Positions 12,401-24,900 of a DNA stretch of 64,000 nt are shown here, piece by piece. The translations under genes were made by a program, and so were the position numbers. This DNA comes from Ramazzottius varieornatus (lineage: Eukaryota; Animalia; Tardigrada), in contig BDGG01000005.1 in the NCBI GenBank assembly GCA_001949185.1, positions 1,663,249 to 1,727,248 of the forward strand. Direction: 5' to 3'. The notes under the pieces are model-generated. The model was not told the DNA's origin. It worked only from the letters and a program-made list of their open reading frames with translations, and did not search any database. Every line of letters begins with the position of its first letter. The stretch's first letter is position 1.

Positions 12401-14621
12401 TGCCAGAAGTCTCCAACGCTCAGCGCGAGCATGCTTTCGCAGTCATTGGTCATGTCATGCGATCACCGTCTGGCGTCCAGATGGTGGCCTTCACCAGCGC
12501 CGTAGATAACTTCATGTCGGCCACTCGCGCGCTGAAATTCTGGGACGAGGTGATTATGCGTTTCCATTCGTCTTCCAGTAATCTGGCCCAGTGTGATCTA
12601 TGTATTATGAAGAGGAACGCAGGTCTTGGAATTTGTTTGGAAATACGTAACATACTGAAGAGCAAAACGCTATCAGTGTTTCACCAACCTACATACACGG
12701 CCACTGTTATATGTTTCAGATTTGTGTACGCAGGTCGCTGAACATCGGTGAAAAGCTTTTTCCGGTTTTTATGACTCCAAGTCGAACGTGAAGTTTTGCT
12801 CTTTTGAACAACTTTATGTTTCGGCGGTGGAATTCCATTGTGGTTTTATTGTTGCAGATGTCACAGTTTCTTTTGAGTCGCACTCAAATGGGCGTGTGGG
12901 ATAAAGACATGAAGTACTTTGACGTGAACGGCAGCCTTGTCACAGTCCCTTCGACGCCTGTCCTAGTGGGACCTGTTCGCGGTCGCGATTACGTCGTGTA
13001 TAGTGTTCCAGAGACCGACTACTCGGACAGCGATGACAGCATTCAGTACGTTGGAACGGTGGTGCACAGTCAACAAAGCCCGGCACGTACCAGATCGGTG
13101 ACGACGACTTCTTCCATCGTGGCGAATTTCGATGAGGACGATTCCATGAACAGTCTCGGTATGTACAAAACACCTTCCTCACTTTCGAAAACATCCAGAT
13201 CAGTTGAATGCTGCAGAATTTTTGATCAAATCTGAACTGGAATAAGCTTAACTCACTGCTTGAGGCTCAACGGCTAATATTTCATGGACCTGCATACTGG
13301 CTTGACACCGCAACTAAGGTTTTGTGTGTTCAGGTGGACGATATCATTTCATTTCAAGCCTAACAGCCAGTGGTGCTCGGAGTCGGAGACTCGGAGAGTT
13401 CACCAAACGGCATAAAAATACGCAAGGTCACGTGCTCGACCATAGGTCAAGCCCTTGTCTAGCCTTACGCCACACCTCCTATATTCTGATTGGCTATCTT
13501 CTGAACTGTAATTTAACATCAAGAAGACGTCCGGATAAAGGCCACGTGCACGTAAGACAGCTGTATAACATTTACAGTTGTTCTGGAGCGTGATTATAGC
13601 TTTTCGAATTTCAAACAAGTAACTGCAAGAGAGTTACAGATGAAATTGGCATATGTTTACCCGGAATTCCGGCACATTGTAGAACGAAAATTATAGTTTT
13701 CCCAAATGGATGCGGGATGACGAAGAGCGAATCCTCTCAATCAAAACGTGCAAAACGGCAAAACGGTCAGAAGTTCGCTCAAGATTTTCCGGAGAAAATG
13801 ATCTGATCAGCGGCCCAGAAATTTCCCTGTTCGAGAGTGCTCCCTTCCCTGTTGTGAACCCGACCTTAGTTTTTAGGATGGACAAGCGTCGTGTGTGCCT
13901 AGTTCACATATGAAATCCTAGTTCCACCTCCGTGATTGCAGTCAAAAGTATTTAGGTTTTTTGGAATTAGAGTAGTATTATGGTCTAATTACAACCCTTA
14001 ATCAAAGCGGTCAAGTTGCCGCTGTCCCATGTTTATGCCGTTTGGTGACCTCTCCGAACACCACTGCTGACAGCATCTGCAGTGACATGCGCTTGTTTTC
14101 TTTCAGGCGATGAGTACATTCCTACGCGTCCTACGAGCTCCATGTATACGAGCGACGCAGACTCTGAACGTATTTCCTACCGAAGAAGGCTGCGAAGTCC
14201 TTCGCTTGCAAGTTCTGATCCTTTCGACGACGACTTCGTGGTAGCGCTGAGAACATCCAACAGAGCTGATAGAAGCCCAACTCCTCCAAGAAGATTCACT
14301 AGGAGCCCAGGTCTCCCAAGAAGGATGGTGAGTCGCGCAGTGCGTGAAGAGTCCTCCCGGTCTTCGAGATATTCCATGCTTCGACGCTTAGCCAGAGAAG
14401 GTCGCCATCGTCGAAGAAGCCCTACGTCATCCGAAGAATCGCGTCCTTCCTCACATTTGTCCAGTCGAATACGCCGCGGAAGAGAAAGCAGCGAACGTCG
14501 TTCGACATCGTCCAGAACTCCGACAAGTTTTTCGCATAGAACGGAACGCAGACCTGGGCGGCTGGAACGACGAGCGAGAACAGTGCGGTCGCGTCGAGAA
14601 GAAACAAGTTTGCGCCGATGA
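9483..14621 (+). CDS. TOPORS: TOPORS-like RING E3 ubiquitin/SUMO ligase with Arg/Ser-rich C-terminus; multi-exon
   Basis: C3HC4 RING CSICLE...PCLHTFCEECISHWVKTKNSCPNC; FRRRVY...WDRLQPWLRREI resembles Topors FRRTLY...HRLVPWLKREL; RS-rich last exon (~14109-14621). Confidence 0.8.
11011..11107. repeat. Family A palindrome (TOPORS intron)
   Basis: gagtggcgcac-N25-atgcgccactt...tttgccgagctccc. Confidence 0.85.
11990..12129. repeat. Family B, two adjacent units (TOPORS intron)
   Basis: catccacgtgcatgc-N30-gcatgcaggtggatg and catccacctgcatgc-N30-gtacgtagg. Confidence 0.8.
13283..13340. repeat. Family B bipartite inverted motif (TOPORS intron)
   Basis: catggacctgcatac-N28-gtgttcaggtggacg. Confidence 0.65.
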
Positions 14622-15974
14622 AAATGGGCCATAAAAGGTTTTCAGGGAATTTCTTTAGTATTTTTTTTTTGAGTGGGGACTCTGGCTGTGAGATGGACGG
14701 TCTCATTTTCTCGATGGAAGGTTAGCTGTTCATTAAGTAACTTTGCTTGTGAAAGTCGTTTTCCGTTCTACGCGCAGTGTCTTTCGTGGTTTCGTATTCA
14801 ATAATTATGGAATTTTCTCTTCTGTATTCATGTTGCACTTACTTCGATTATGGCTTCTTGCAGTACCGAGGAAGTCTTCCGATCTTCAGTGAAATTTTAC
14901 CTTTTTTCTGCATCTTGGGGAGACTTTCTGATCTTGTGTTTTACCTGCTCTGGTGGTGGTGTTTCGTGATGAGAATAGTGTTCTTAGTCCAGTTACTTAT
15001 CATAGATACCGTACTCCATCAGCCAGTGATCCTCCTGAATCAAGCCGGACGGTGGCCCATGCGTGGACTTCTTCGTCAAATGGATGCACGAGAGAGCTTT
15101 TGGCGGCATCGTCCTAAACAACTGGAGTGGTTGGAAAGTCTTCTGAACGACTTCCTCTTGGACAACGACGTCGAGAAACTCGCAACGCTGAACGGGAAAG
15201 CACGTTATACTTTCGCCAAGTGATGCTTCGATGCTTTAAAGAAGTCATGGCTGAAAAACGTTTTCGAGAATTGTCGAAATGAACTGGCGCGACTGGTCAG
15301 TATGGTGAACGGGGCTTTGATTGTTGGGGATAGGTGAGTGAAACGGACTTCATGGGAGGGGGACCCATGCGGAACGGTGTCGTTTCGAAAACTTTCTGGC
15401 GCGCTTAGAGCCCAGCGGACCGAGTCACCACAACTTGCAGCTGCGATGATACCATTAATACGGGATCTTGTACTGAATGATGCCTGTCTTCGGCGCTTCG
15501 CTGTCCGAAGTTTCAGTCTTTCAAGCGATACGACTAGGTAATAAATTTTTTCCTTGTCGATCGTTGCAAGTTATACGGTACTTGATTTGATGATTAACTT
15601 TGGTCGGGGTTTCTAGCATCGACCAGTTCTCTGTCATCTATGTAGAGCCGTCACACGCAGAAATAGAGGACACCGAAATGAACGTCAGTTATGGAACAAA
15701 ATTGGTATACTGAAGGTTTTATCGGTTTTCAAATGAGAAGAGCCAGTCCAGACCGCGTGCAGTGAGATCAAAGGATTAGTGAGGAGAAGCCGAGAAGAAA
15801 TACTCTGCCGAACCGTGCAAAAGAGAGTGAAGTAAACCCACAACTAAAATAAAATCTCTGAAAAAAACTAAACATATCAAGTACTACAGAAAGCACCGGA
15901 GCCGCCAAAGAATACCTGACTATCAGATCAAAACAAAATAAAAATCAAAGCAAACCAAGACCCAGAAAAACAGA

Positions 15975-18900
15975 TCAATTGGTTCTCACTCCAAACTGAG
16001 AAAAGGCGCTGGAAGAAACCAGCGTAGAGGCCATGCAGAACCTCGGCTGCCGCACATCATCACATTCCGGCAAGAGTAAGGGAAAAGTCGCGACAGCCGT
16101 CCCACCATCTTGAAGAACCTCGAAGGCCATCGGCATGTAGACAGGAGTTCTGATAGTGGCAGGTGGATCACCCGAAGACGAGGGTTGGTTGGAAGGACTC
16201 GCAGAGCCTTCGTGTGGGTTGACATCGTTGCGTATCCTTCTGGTCAAAAACATCAAGCGCTTGTTGATTCCACCTGCTGTAGAAACAGGAACGCTGGTGG
16301 AAGGTTCAGCTGCGGAAATGCTAGGACGGTTTTGAGAATCACTCGGCAAGACTGTGATTTGAGAAACGGGAGAAGAGGAAGGGTCACCTGCGCCAGTCTG
16401 AGAAGGAAAACCCTCACCGGTCTTTCGGTCTAAGACCAAGTACACCGTGGCGAAAGGTCGACGTGCCATGGTCTGCATTTCAATGGCCACTCTTTGGCGG
16501 CTCTGTCGAAGTCCGTGAATCTGTTTAAACTTCCACAGGACTACACAGGCAGCGAGGAAAAGAAAGAAGCAAGAGAAGAAGACTGAGAAGAAGACGAACA
16601 GGTCGATGTGAGGCTGGTCTTGGCGGAAGAGTATGCGGCCGCGGGTAACGTCGGAGAGTGGCGACCCGATGCCGTGGATAACCACGTAGAACTTGGAGAG
16701 CTTCAGGTCGTGACCGGTGTAGGGGATGGTCAGGATGACGCGATGGCGAACGTCACGGACGATGACGACTTTGGTTGGATCGGAAGCCGTGACATAGGTG
16801 ACGGTGTCGGTGGCGCGGCGGAAGTCGACTACTTCGTCGATACCTCGAGAGTTTGCCATGTATTTCTTGTCGACTTGGGGTGAGTGGAAGCCGTTTTTCT
16901 TATCCACAGTTACGGTAAACATGTCCTCCTGAAACATAGCAAAAAAATTGCTGGCAGTATATCGTAGGAAAAAACTCCAAGAAAGCAAGTCGTCTAGTCC
17001 CTCACAATAACAAAGTGGGTGACCACTCAGAATGTCCAAAGCAAGTGAATACAGATGCTGGACGGCGAAAGAAGAATTGTTTTCCACCTTACAAATTGAA
17101 TGGATGAACCGATCGCTTTGTCACGTACGTACCTGGTCGGAAATGTACAAGTCGATGCCTCCAACCGTCACATCAACGTAGATTCTGATATCCACATTGA
17201 GGTACTTGGGTTGAACGGCGAAAAAGACAGTCCGGCCCTGGCGAAGAGGTTTCGCAGATTCGCCACTCAGGCATCTTCCTCGCGGAACTTCCGGGTCGAA
17301 GCTATAAAAAAACCCGGTAAAACATGACTACTTCGTCGACCGTTTGAACGGGCAAGGAAGTGCCATACCAATAGTCTTCCCCGACGGACATTTGACGGTA
17401 ACACTGGTGTCCATTAGTAGGTCTTCCCACGAAGTACTCTTTGCACTGAGAGCACTGTACTGTCCAACACGGAACTCCACTCGGCAGGTCCTTCTTGTCA
17501 CTTCCCTCACATAACGGGTCCGTCGCGGTGTTGTTCCCGCACTTACAGCTGGTCCCGGTGGCAGGGTTGCAGGTGTTATCGTGGCCGTTACATTCGCAAG
17601 CTCGACACTCATCTTTCGTAGTGGTGAAAGACGGCGGACGGAAGAAGCCCGGTAAGCACGAGTCGCATCGGTAGCCCGTGGTGTTACCATCACAGTTGTA
17701 GCACAGGGCGAGGTTGCTGGAAGGGTCATGATCCAGCACGTTCTTGATTTGCATTAAGTCAATTCCTGGAAAAAAATTCCAAATACGTAAACATTCGTTC
17801 GTGACAGCATCCAGTAACTATTGCGTTATGGCCATTCGATGCCCGACGCTGTTGCCATTTGAGACGTGGGCGAACAATTCAAACCAGATCGTTTTCCAAG
17901 TGGCGCACACTTCGGTCAATAATAACAGAAACGAGCGCCACTTAAGACAACGATTTGGTTCAATCCATTTGCTAACGCCCCGTTTTCGTCGACACATTTA
18001 CCATCCGACGCGCTGCTCCCGTGAGAGCTTTTACATCAGACTACATAAGGCCTAAACCGCGAACGTACCTTGGAAAGGGTTATCAGGCAGGTAAGGCGCA
18101 TTCGGTCCCGACGTGTTGAATATCTGGTTCAGCGTCAAACAGACCGTCGCATGCCCATTACAGTACGTCGCACAGGACTGGCACTTGCCACCACTACGCG
18201 CATCGCCCACGAAGCCTTCCTCGCACAATTCGCAATGCGCTCCTCTGGTATTGTTCTTGCAGCTGCTACACGTCGTCAGTTCGTGGTCGCTCGGACAAGC
18301 ACTATGGCCATTACACTGACATGCCGTCGTACAGTTGGGTCCCACGAACCCAAAGTCACATTCACAGACACCCGGCTCCACACAGACGCCTTTCTGACAT
18401 CCGCTGGGACATACCGGCACACAGACGAATTCCTTTAACGGATCACTGTTATCTGCCACTTGTGTATAGCCCTTCTTGCAGGTGCAGTTGAATCCCGCGA
18501 GAGTGTCCACGCAGTCTTCACTTCGTTCATCGCAGGTGTGATGTCCGTTCAGGCATTCATCTTCGGATGGGCAGGTTAAGAAATGCCATGTGTGGACTGC
18601 GTCGTCTATGATTTGTGTCTTCAGTTGTTTCTCGGATGACTTGTTGGTTTCTTCGGTCTTCTTCTCTGTGGTGTTGGTGACATGGTTGGCGGTGAAGCAC
18701 GAACCGGAAGAAGGTCCGCTTAGTCCGCCGGTCAGACAGCGCCCAAGGCCGTTACCGTTCTCCTCTGCGCACCAACCGGCCTTGGGGATATGAAGACAGT
18801 CGGCACAGCGCGTAGCTGTTCGAGGTTCTTTGGGACACCGATCACGTGTACCTCCGTAAAGCAAGGCTCCACAGTTGCCCAATGGACACTGGAGGAGAAC

Positions 18901-21900
18901 TAAGGCTGGGTTCATGCATTCTTTGTTGCGCTCACTCCATACACATTGCCTGAAATTGACAAATAAAATTCGAAATGAAATTCGGATGAAGAACTGACCA
19001 AAAACTGAGAGCCCGACAGCAGAGACACGAACGGCAGATTAGGTTAATGAAACACTCGGGACATGGGCAAAAAATCAACCCTGATTGTTGTCTTAAGTGG
19101 CGCACAACTTCATTGTCATCAGCTGAGAGCGCGCGCCACTTGGGAAAACGACTGGGGTGACTCCATTTGCCGACGACCCAAATGAGCTGATGGCTCACCT
19201 GAATCCACCAGTATGGCCGTCAGAGACGAGGCATTCCTGGCATGAATCGTAGCGGCTGCATGGGGCGGGACATTCGGCCGGTGGTGAAGCTTCCAAACTT
19301 TCCCCAACGGTGGAAGCGATCTTTTGATAAAGCTCTTGGGGGAAGCAATTCCAGGAGAAAGTTGGCAGCTTGCGGAACTTTTTGACGACTTCGGTGCTCC
19401 GTTGGAAATGGCGCGTCCAGAAGCAGGAAGGACGTGAGTCGGTGCAGTGTTGACAGTCGGCAGCATGACAGCGTTCGTCCAGGCACATTCCGGGTTCGCG
19501 AATGACGGCGTTGCTGCGGTTGCATGACAGTGAGGACTCGCAAGATTCGTAACGAGCGATGCACATGCCATTTCCACAGTTCGTACACCACTGACACCGC
19601 TGCAGAAGAAAAAAGAAAGGTCTGATCTCATTGTGCTCATAGCAGCTTGTTTGCGAAATCAAAGACTCGTATCAGTCTAATCGGTAAAGCTTCCCATAGT
19701 TTTCAAGCAGATTTCGGACTTCGAGGTTAATGGAGGCCTTCTCGCAAGTTTTTCTACGATGCTTCCATATTTTACACTCACATCCAGCGGTACACTTACG
19801 CTTTCATCCTCGCCAATACCGATCCACGGAGCCACACAAGTCCGGCACTCGATCTGCTCTCGACAAATGCGCATTACCGACAAGTTCTCATCGCAGGCGA
19901 TACCGGGGTAGAGATTGTACTTCGGTCCACAACTGAAACTGACAAGACAACATGAGACCTTCATGGATCGAATTTGCGGATTTTCCCAAGCTGATTCCGT
20001 ACCTGGCCATACTGCCACCGCTATTATCGAAACAAAACGAGCCATTCCCCGTTTCACTGACGCACATTCCACAGCCAACTACCGACAAGCATGCGCCGGT
20101 AGTGGCGTACTGCGGACAGAAATCTTGCACGATCGGCACTCTGGAGCTCCTCAATTGAGACTGGCTGAAGGAGAAACCCGAGAGAATGTGTAGCTGGGAC
20201 TCCGAGCCATTCAAAAAACGCATAAAAGAAGGACCCATCAACGTTGTAATACTGGAACTGGTCTCATCCAGCCAGTCTGCAAAACTCCCTGTGAAAATTT
20301 TGAAGCTGAAAATTATATCAAAAAACATTTCTTACCGTTGCATCGAAATCGAAAAATGAGAAGTGACTGATCAAAAAGGTTGTTCGGTGTTCTTCCGCCA
20401 GCGACCGTCATGTAATTCCCCTCCACGACATACTCCGCCGCATGAAAGATCCGTGGTGGGAGCGGATTCTCCTGCATCAGGCTTGGCAGAAGGATCCACC
20501 GGTGACGATTCAGGTCGAGGACGGTCAGCATACTGGACATGCCTGTTCGATCCAGGTCGAAGCGGTACCCACCGAAGACAAAAATGGCGTTCCTGATCGG
20601 GTAGTATGTTGCGCTGTGGCCATACAGACCTACGGGCCGGGAGCCATTCGCCAGGAAAGGAGTCCAGCGGTTGCGACTCAGCTCGAAGGTGTAGACGACG
20701 TCGTTGAATGTTCCTGCTGCACCACCGATGACGAAAATGATGTCGCCCACTAGTGTCATAGTGTGACCAGCTAAAAACGGTATCTGAAAAAACCGAAAAT
20801 GACAGTCGAGTGCAACTTCGAACTAAATACAATTTTGATATCACCGAAGTAAATTAACTCCACGATTTCATATAAGGACAGAGAACGGAAAAATCATGTC
20901 GTTCTTCTATAGTTTTTTAATTCGGACTCACGGTAAGAAATTAAGAGCAAATGTTTCTCGCATCTACCTTCTTCGAGAGGGGTTGCATTTCCTTCCAGCC
21001 CTGGGTCGTCGTGTTGAAAACCCACATGTCGTTCATGACTTCAGAGCGATCGGCATTCACCACGAACCCACCATGAATGATCATAGCGTCTTTCACAGCT
21101 GCCGAAGCGTGGAAGAACCTCGGTAGGGGCTGCTGCGTATGCCCGAAGTCTATGGCTGTCCAGTTACTCTTTAATCCTCTGCTCCACAGATCACCCGAAA
21201 CCCCGGTCAGGATATCCAAACCACCAAAGAGGTACGCCACGTTATTCACGACCTGCACCGAGTAGCCTAACCGACTTCGCAGCTGCCCACTGTTCCCATT
21301 TTCCGCATCACGTTTCTTCCTGCGGTCCTTTCGGTTCTCGAGGTAGTACGTCGCGTTGAAACGTTCGAACCTGCTGGAGCGCCAGAACGCGATCGTCATG
21401 ATGCCGGACGGGGCACGGACTGTGAACGGAAACTTTAAGGGGCCACATAGTCGGCTGATGGTTGAGCTTGGGCGTCCAGAAGACTCCCAGGTGTCGTACA
21501 CCCCGAGATTGTCCACGGACATGTCGGCTGAGAGACTGAGGTATGTCAGGAAGTCAGGTAGTCCGTCAGTGACGGTGAGGGAGTTGTTCGGGCAAAGGAG
21601 CTCCATGCTGTCTTGGATGGTTAGAGTAATGGGAAGCCGGTCTCCGAAATAGTCAAACTTGCCGGAGATGAGGATCCACAGGCAGAAACCCTCGGGTGTG
21701 TCGTTAGCGTTACCGAGCCCGCCGGAAGTGGCGTTGACTATAACGGTACGAGACCGACATTTCGAATAACAGATACCACCATTCCTGAAAATCAAAAGTT
21801 ACGAATAACATAATGTGACAAAATGGGAGGTCGGCAAACGAAACGTGCCAGATCACCATCTGGAGTGGCGCAAGTTTTCCTTCAAATTGGCTAGAACGTG

Positions 21901-24900
21901 CGCCACTTAATATAACGATTTCGTACGTTCTGCTTGACCGGCGTCCCAAATCCCGGTCAACAATAAACAGGAAGCTATGATCAAGGAACCTACAGTGCTT
22001 CCCCGTAGAAGTCATTTGGGCAAGCTTCGCAGTTGTTCCCGGAGTAAGGAAACTGGCATTTACACTTTCCGCTTACTCCATCACAAGGTTCGTTCGGGTC
22101 CGCATGACCATTGCACGAGCAGGGCAAACAGCCTGTAACCAGAAGACTCTCATTCCATCAAGCTCAGTTGTGGGTTGAGAAGGAGGGTGACTGACCTTTG
22201 TCGGCGGTAGCGTTACCGAAGGTTCCCCGGACGCACCGTTCGCAATGTGGGCCTTCCGTATTACCGTAGCACTGGTCACACTGGCTGACGTTCTTTAGGC
22301 ATGTACTGTGGAAATTACAGCCACAGTCGATGTCACACTGCGGTCCCGTCCAGCCCAGATCGCAAATGCACACGAAGGGTTCGATCCGTGGGACTGTCTC
22401 GTCAGAGCACTTTCCGTGTAGACAAGGTGCGTCACAGCTCCTCTCACATCTTGTCCTCCCATCGCCTTTGTAGCCGACCGCGCATTCACAAATGTAGTGG
22501 CCGTGCGTGTTGATGCAGGTGGCGTTCGGATGGCAGTCCGCCGTTCCCAGAGCACACTGTATAAAAAATTCTCGTAAAAAAAAGTCCAAAAGCTTCGGAC
22601 AGCAGACAATTTGTCTTGGCGTGAAAAGATTCATTCGACCAGTCTTTCCACGAAATAATCATTCTACTTGAGCCGATCACAGGAAACGGCTGTACAGAAT
22701 TCCCATACGATATTTCTTAGATTATCTTTTTGCAAAGTATGAGTCTTTGATTGCTTTAACGTTGGAAACTAGTCGTAATGAGTTTCACGCACCTCGTCGA
22801 TGTCCGGACAGGAGCCATAGGACCACAAGCTTACTCCCGTATCGTTCTTCGCACCAGGACAACTCGGTCCCACCGGTCCTTCGATATCTCCAGACAGGCA
22901 CTGACCATGTCGCGGATCGCTCACAACCCTCGAACACCAACCGCAGTTCGGTCTGTTCAGACAAACTTGACAATCGCTAATCGCCGAACACACCGTGCAA
23001 GCACCTTCCACATAACTATCCTCCCAAAACGAACAGTAGCCGAAAACCGTCAGAAGATCGAGGACTGAATGCGGGAGGCACTGCTTGGTCGAATGACACC
23101 AGGCACACCCATCAGACTGAAGACATCCGGAACAACTGCTCCTTCTTCGACACTCGTCAACTGGATTCGGCACTGTACCCGGACGTTCGATACCGGAGAC
23201 CATTAAGGTTCGCCGGAAGCAAGATTTTGTCCGAGTGTCCCACAGACAGATGGACAGATCTCTGCATGTCAGGGCGTTGGTAATGTCGGAACACTGGATA
23301 CACTGGTCGACGTCCACACTGAGAAGCAACGCCAGGCCGCTAGGTGATTTGCAGGTTTCGGATTCTTTGGTCTCGGATGAACGGGTGAGGCAGCGGCTGG
23401 AAGATGGGCACCAGCCGCAACTTCGGTCAGACAGGCACAGCATGCAGCTGTCGTGCTTGGAACAGCCGAAGCCGTCGGTGGAGAAGGGTTCCAAGTTACG
23501 TACGTCGAATGGCTACAAATATACGAAAAAAGTGGCTGTTACGCGATGCGCGGGGCGTCCGAAGGTCAGTGCATCCCAGAGAAATTCAGAAGTCGGGACA
23601 TCGGTAGATATGAAGTGAATATGGTCACTATCTCGGGTGGCGCACGTTCTCATTATTTTTGGCTGAATGCGTGCGCCACTAAGGAACGCCAAACTACGCC
23701 ATCTACCGGTGTCCCAACCAGAGAGTCTCTGTCCCCACTATTAGATCACTAATACGGACACAAAGAACGGCAGATAAAATTAGAGCCTAATTTTTGAGCC
23801 GGAAAAAAGTCAGAAGATTTCATGGTCTAAAACATTACGGATGAGAACCTACCTGAGTAATGATGGAGTTTCCATTCCAGGTCAAGTGCATGTGCACTTC
23901 AAAGTCGGGTGGCAGGCGGCCCCGTTGCACTCGTATTTGATACACAAACTTGACAAAGTACTTTTCGTCAATGACAGGAAACAATTGTAGCTCATCGTGC
24001 CGATTTACCTCCGTCTTCACCGGGAAAATGCCTCTCGATTCAGCCACCAGCTCAACATTCTTGGGGTCTCCATCACGACTCAGCCATAGCTGTGACGTAC
24101 CATCAAAGCCCATCGAGTTCTCCGTCTTCATCCACATTCGGAGCTGCGTGTCCCAGGTCGACTTCGGATTCGCACCCAATGGGTGAATGAAACCCTAACG
24201 AAAAACCAACGGCGGTGATTAGAAAGTCACTCCCTCCGTGCTAAAAAATGGGAGCATGACAAATAATCTCGGCCAGATCGCTTTCTCAAGTGGCGCATGC
24301 TTGAAGCGGTATTAGCCAAAAGCGTGCGCCGCTCGGGAAAGCAATCTTGTCTAGTCCCCAAGTGGCGCACATTTCCGGTGTTATTGGCTGAAAGCATGCG
24401 CCACTTGACAAAACGATTTGGAGGAACTGGTTTGCCGACCTCCCATAGTTAGCCTTACCTTCATCTCGGCCATAAACATTCCCGTGTCTTGGTTTGGTGG
24501 GAACCTGACAACCGGGTGGAACGACAACACCGACGTCTGTACTGTCAAAATTTCATCCGGCACTTCCGGATCCGGATCCGGGTAGTACAGCAACACCGTC
24601 AGTCCCGGCTTGCTCTGCGTCTGCTCACACTGCTCCACGTTCTCCAGGTTTGCTAGACTCTTACTCGACCACCAGCCCACCACGTCTTTAAACCTCTTTG
24701 CTGTACAATCGTCCCTCGATTTCGAAGTCCCGACCATACACTTGGCTGTTCTCGGACACCACGAGCATTGAGAGTCCTGTATGTAGGACATGCAGGACAC
24801 GCAGTGTGTCAAAGATGGGCAGAGCGTCGGACAGGAAGGGTTCGTGACAGAAGCGCCACAAATCATCTTAGAGTACTGAGTCCCCACACAGAAACCTTCA

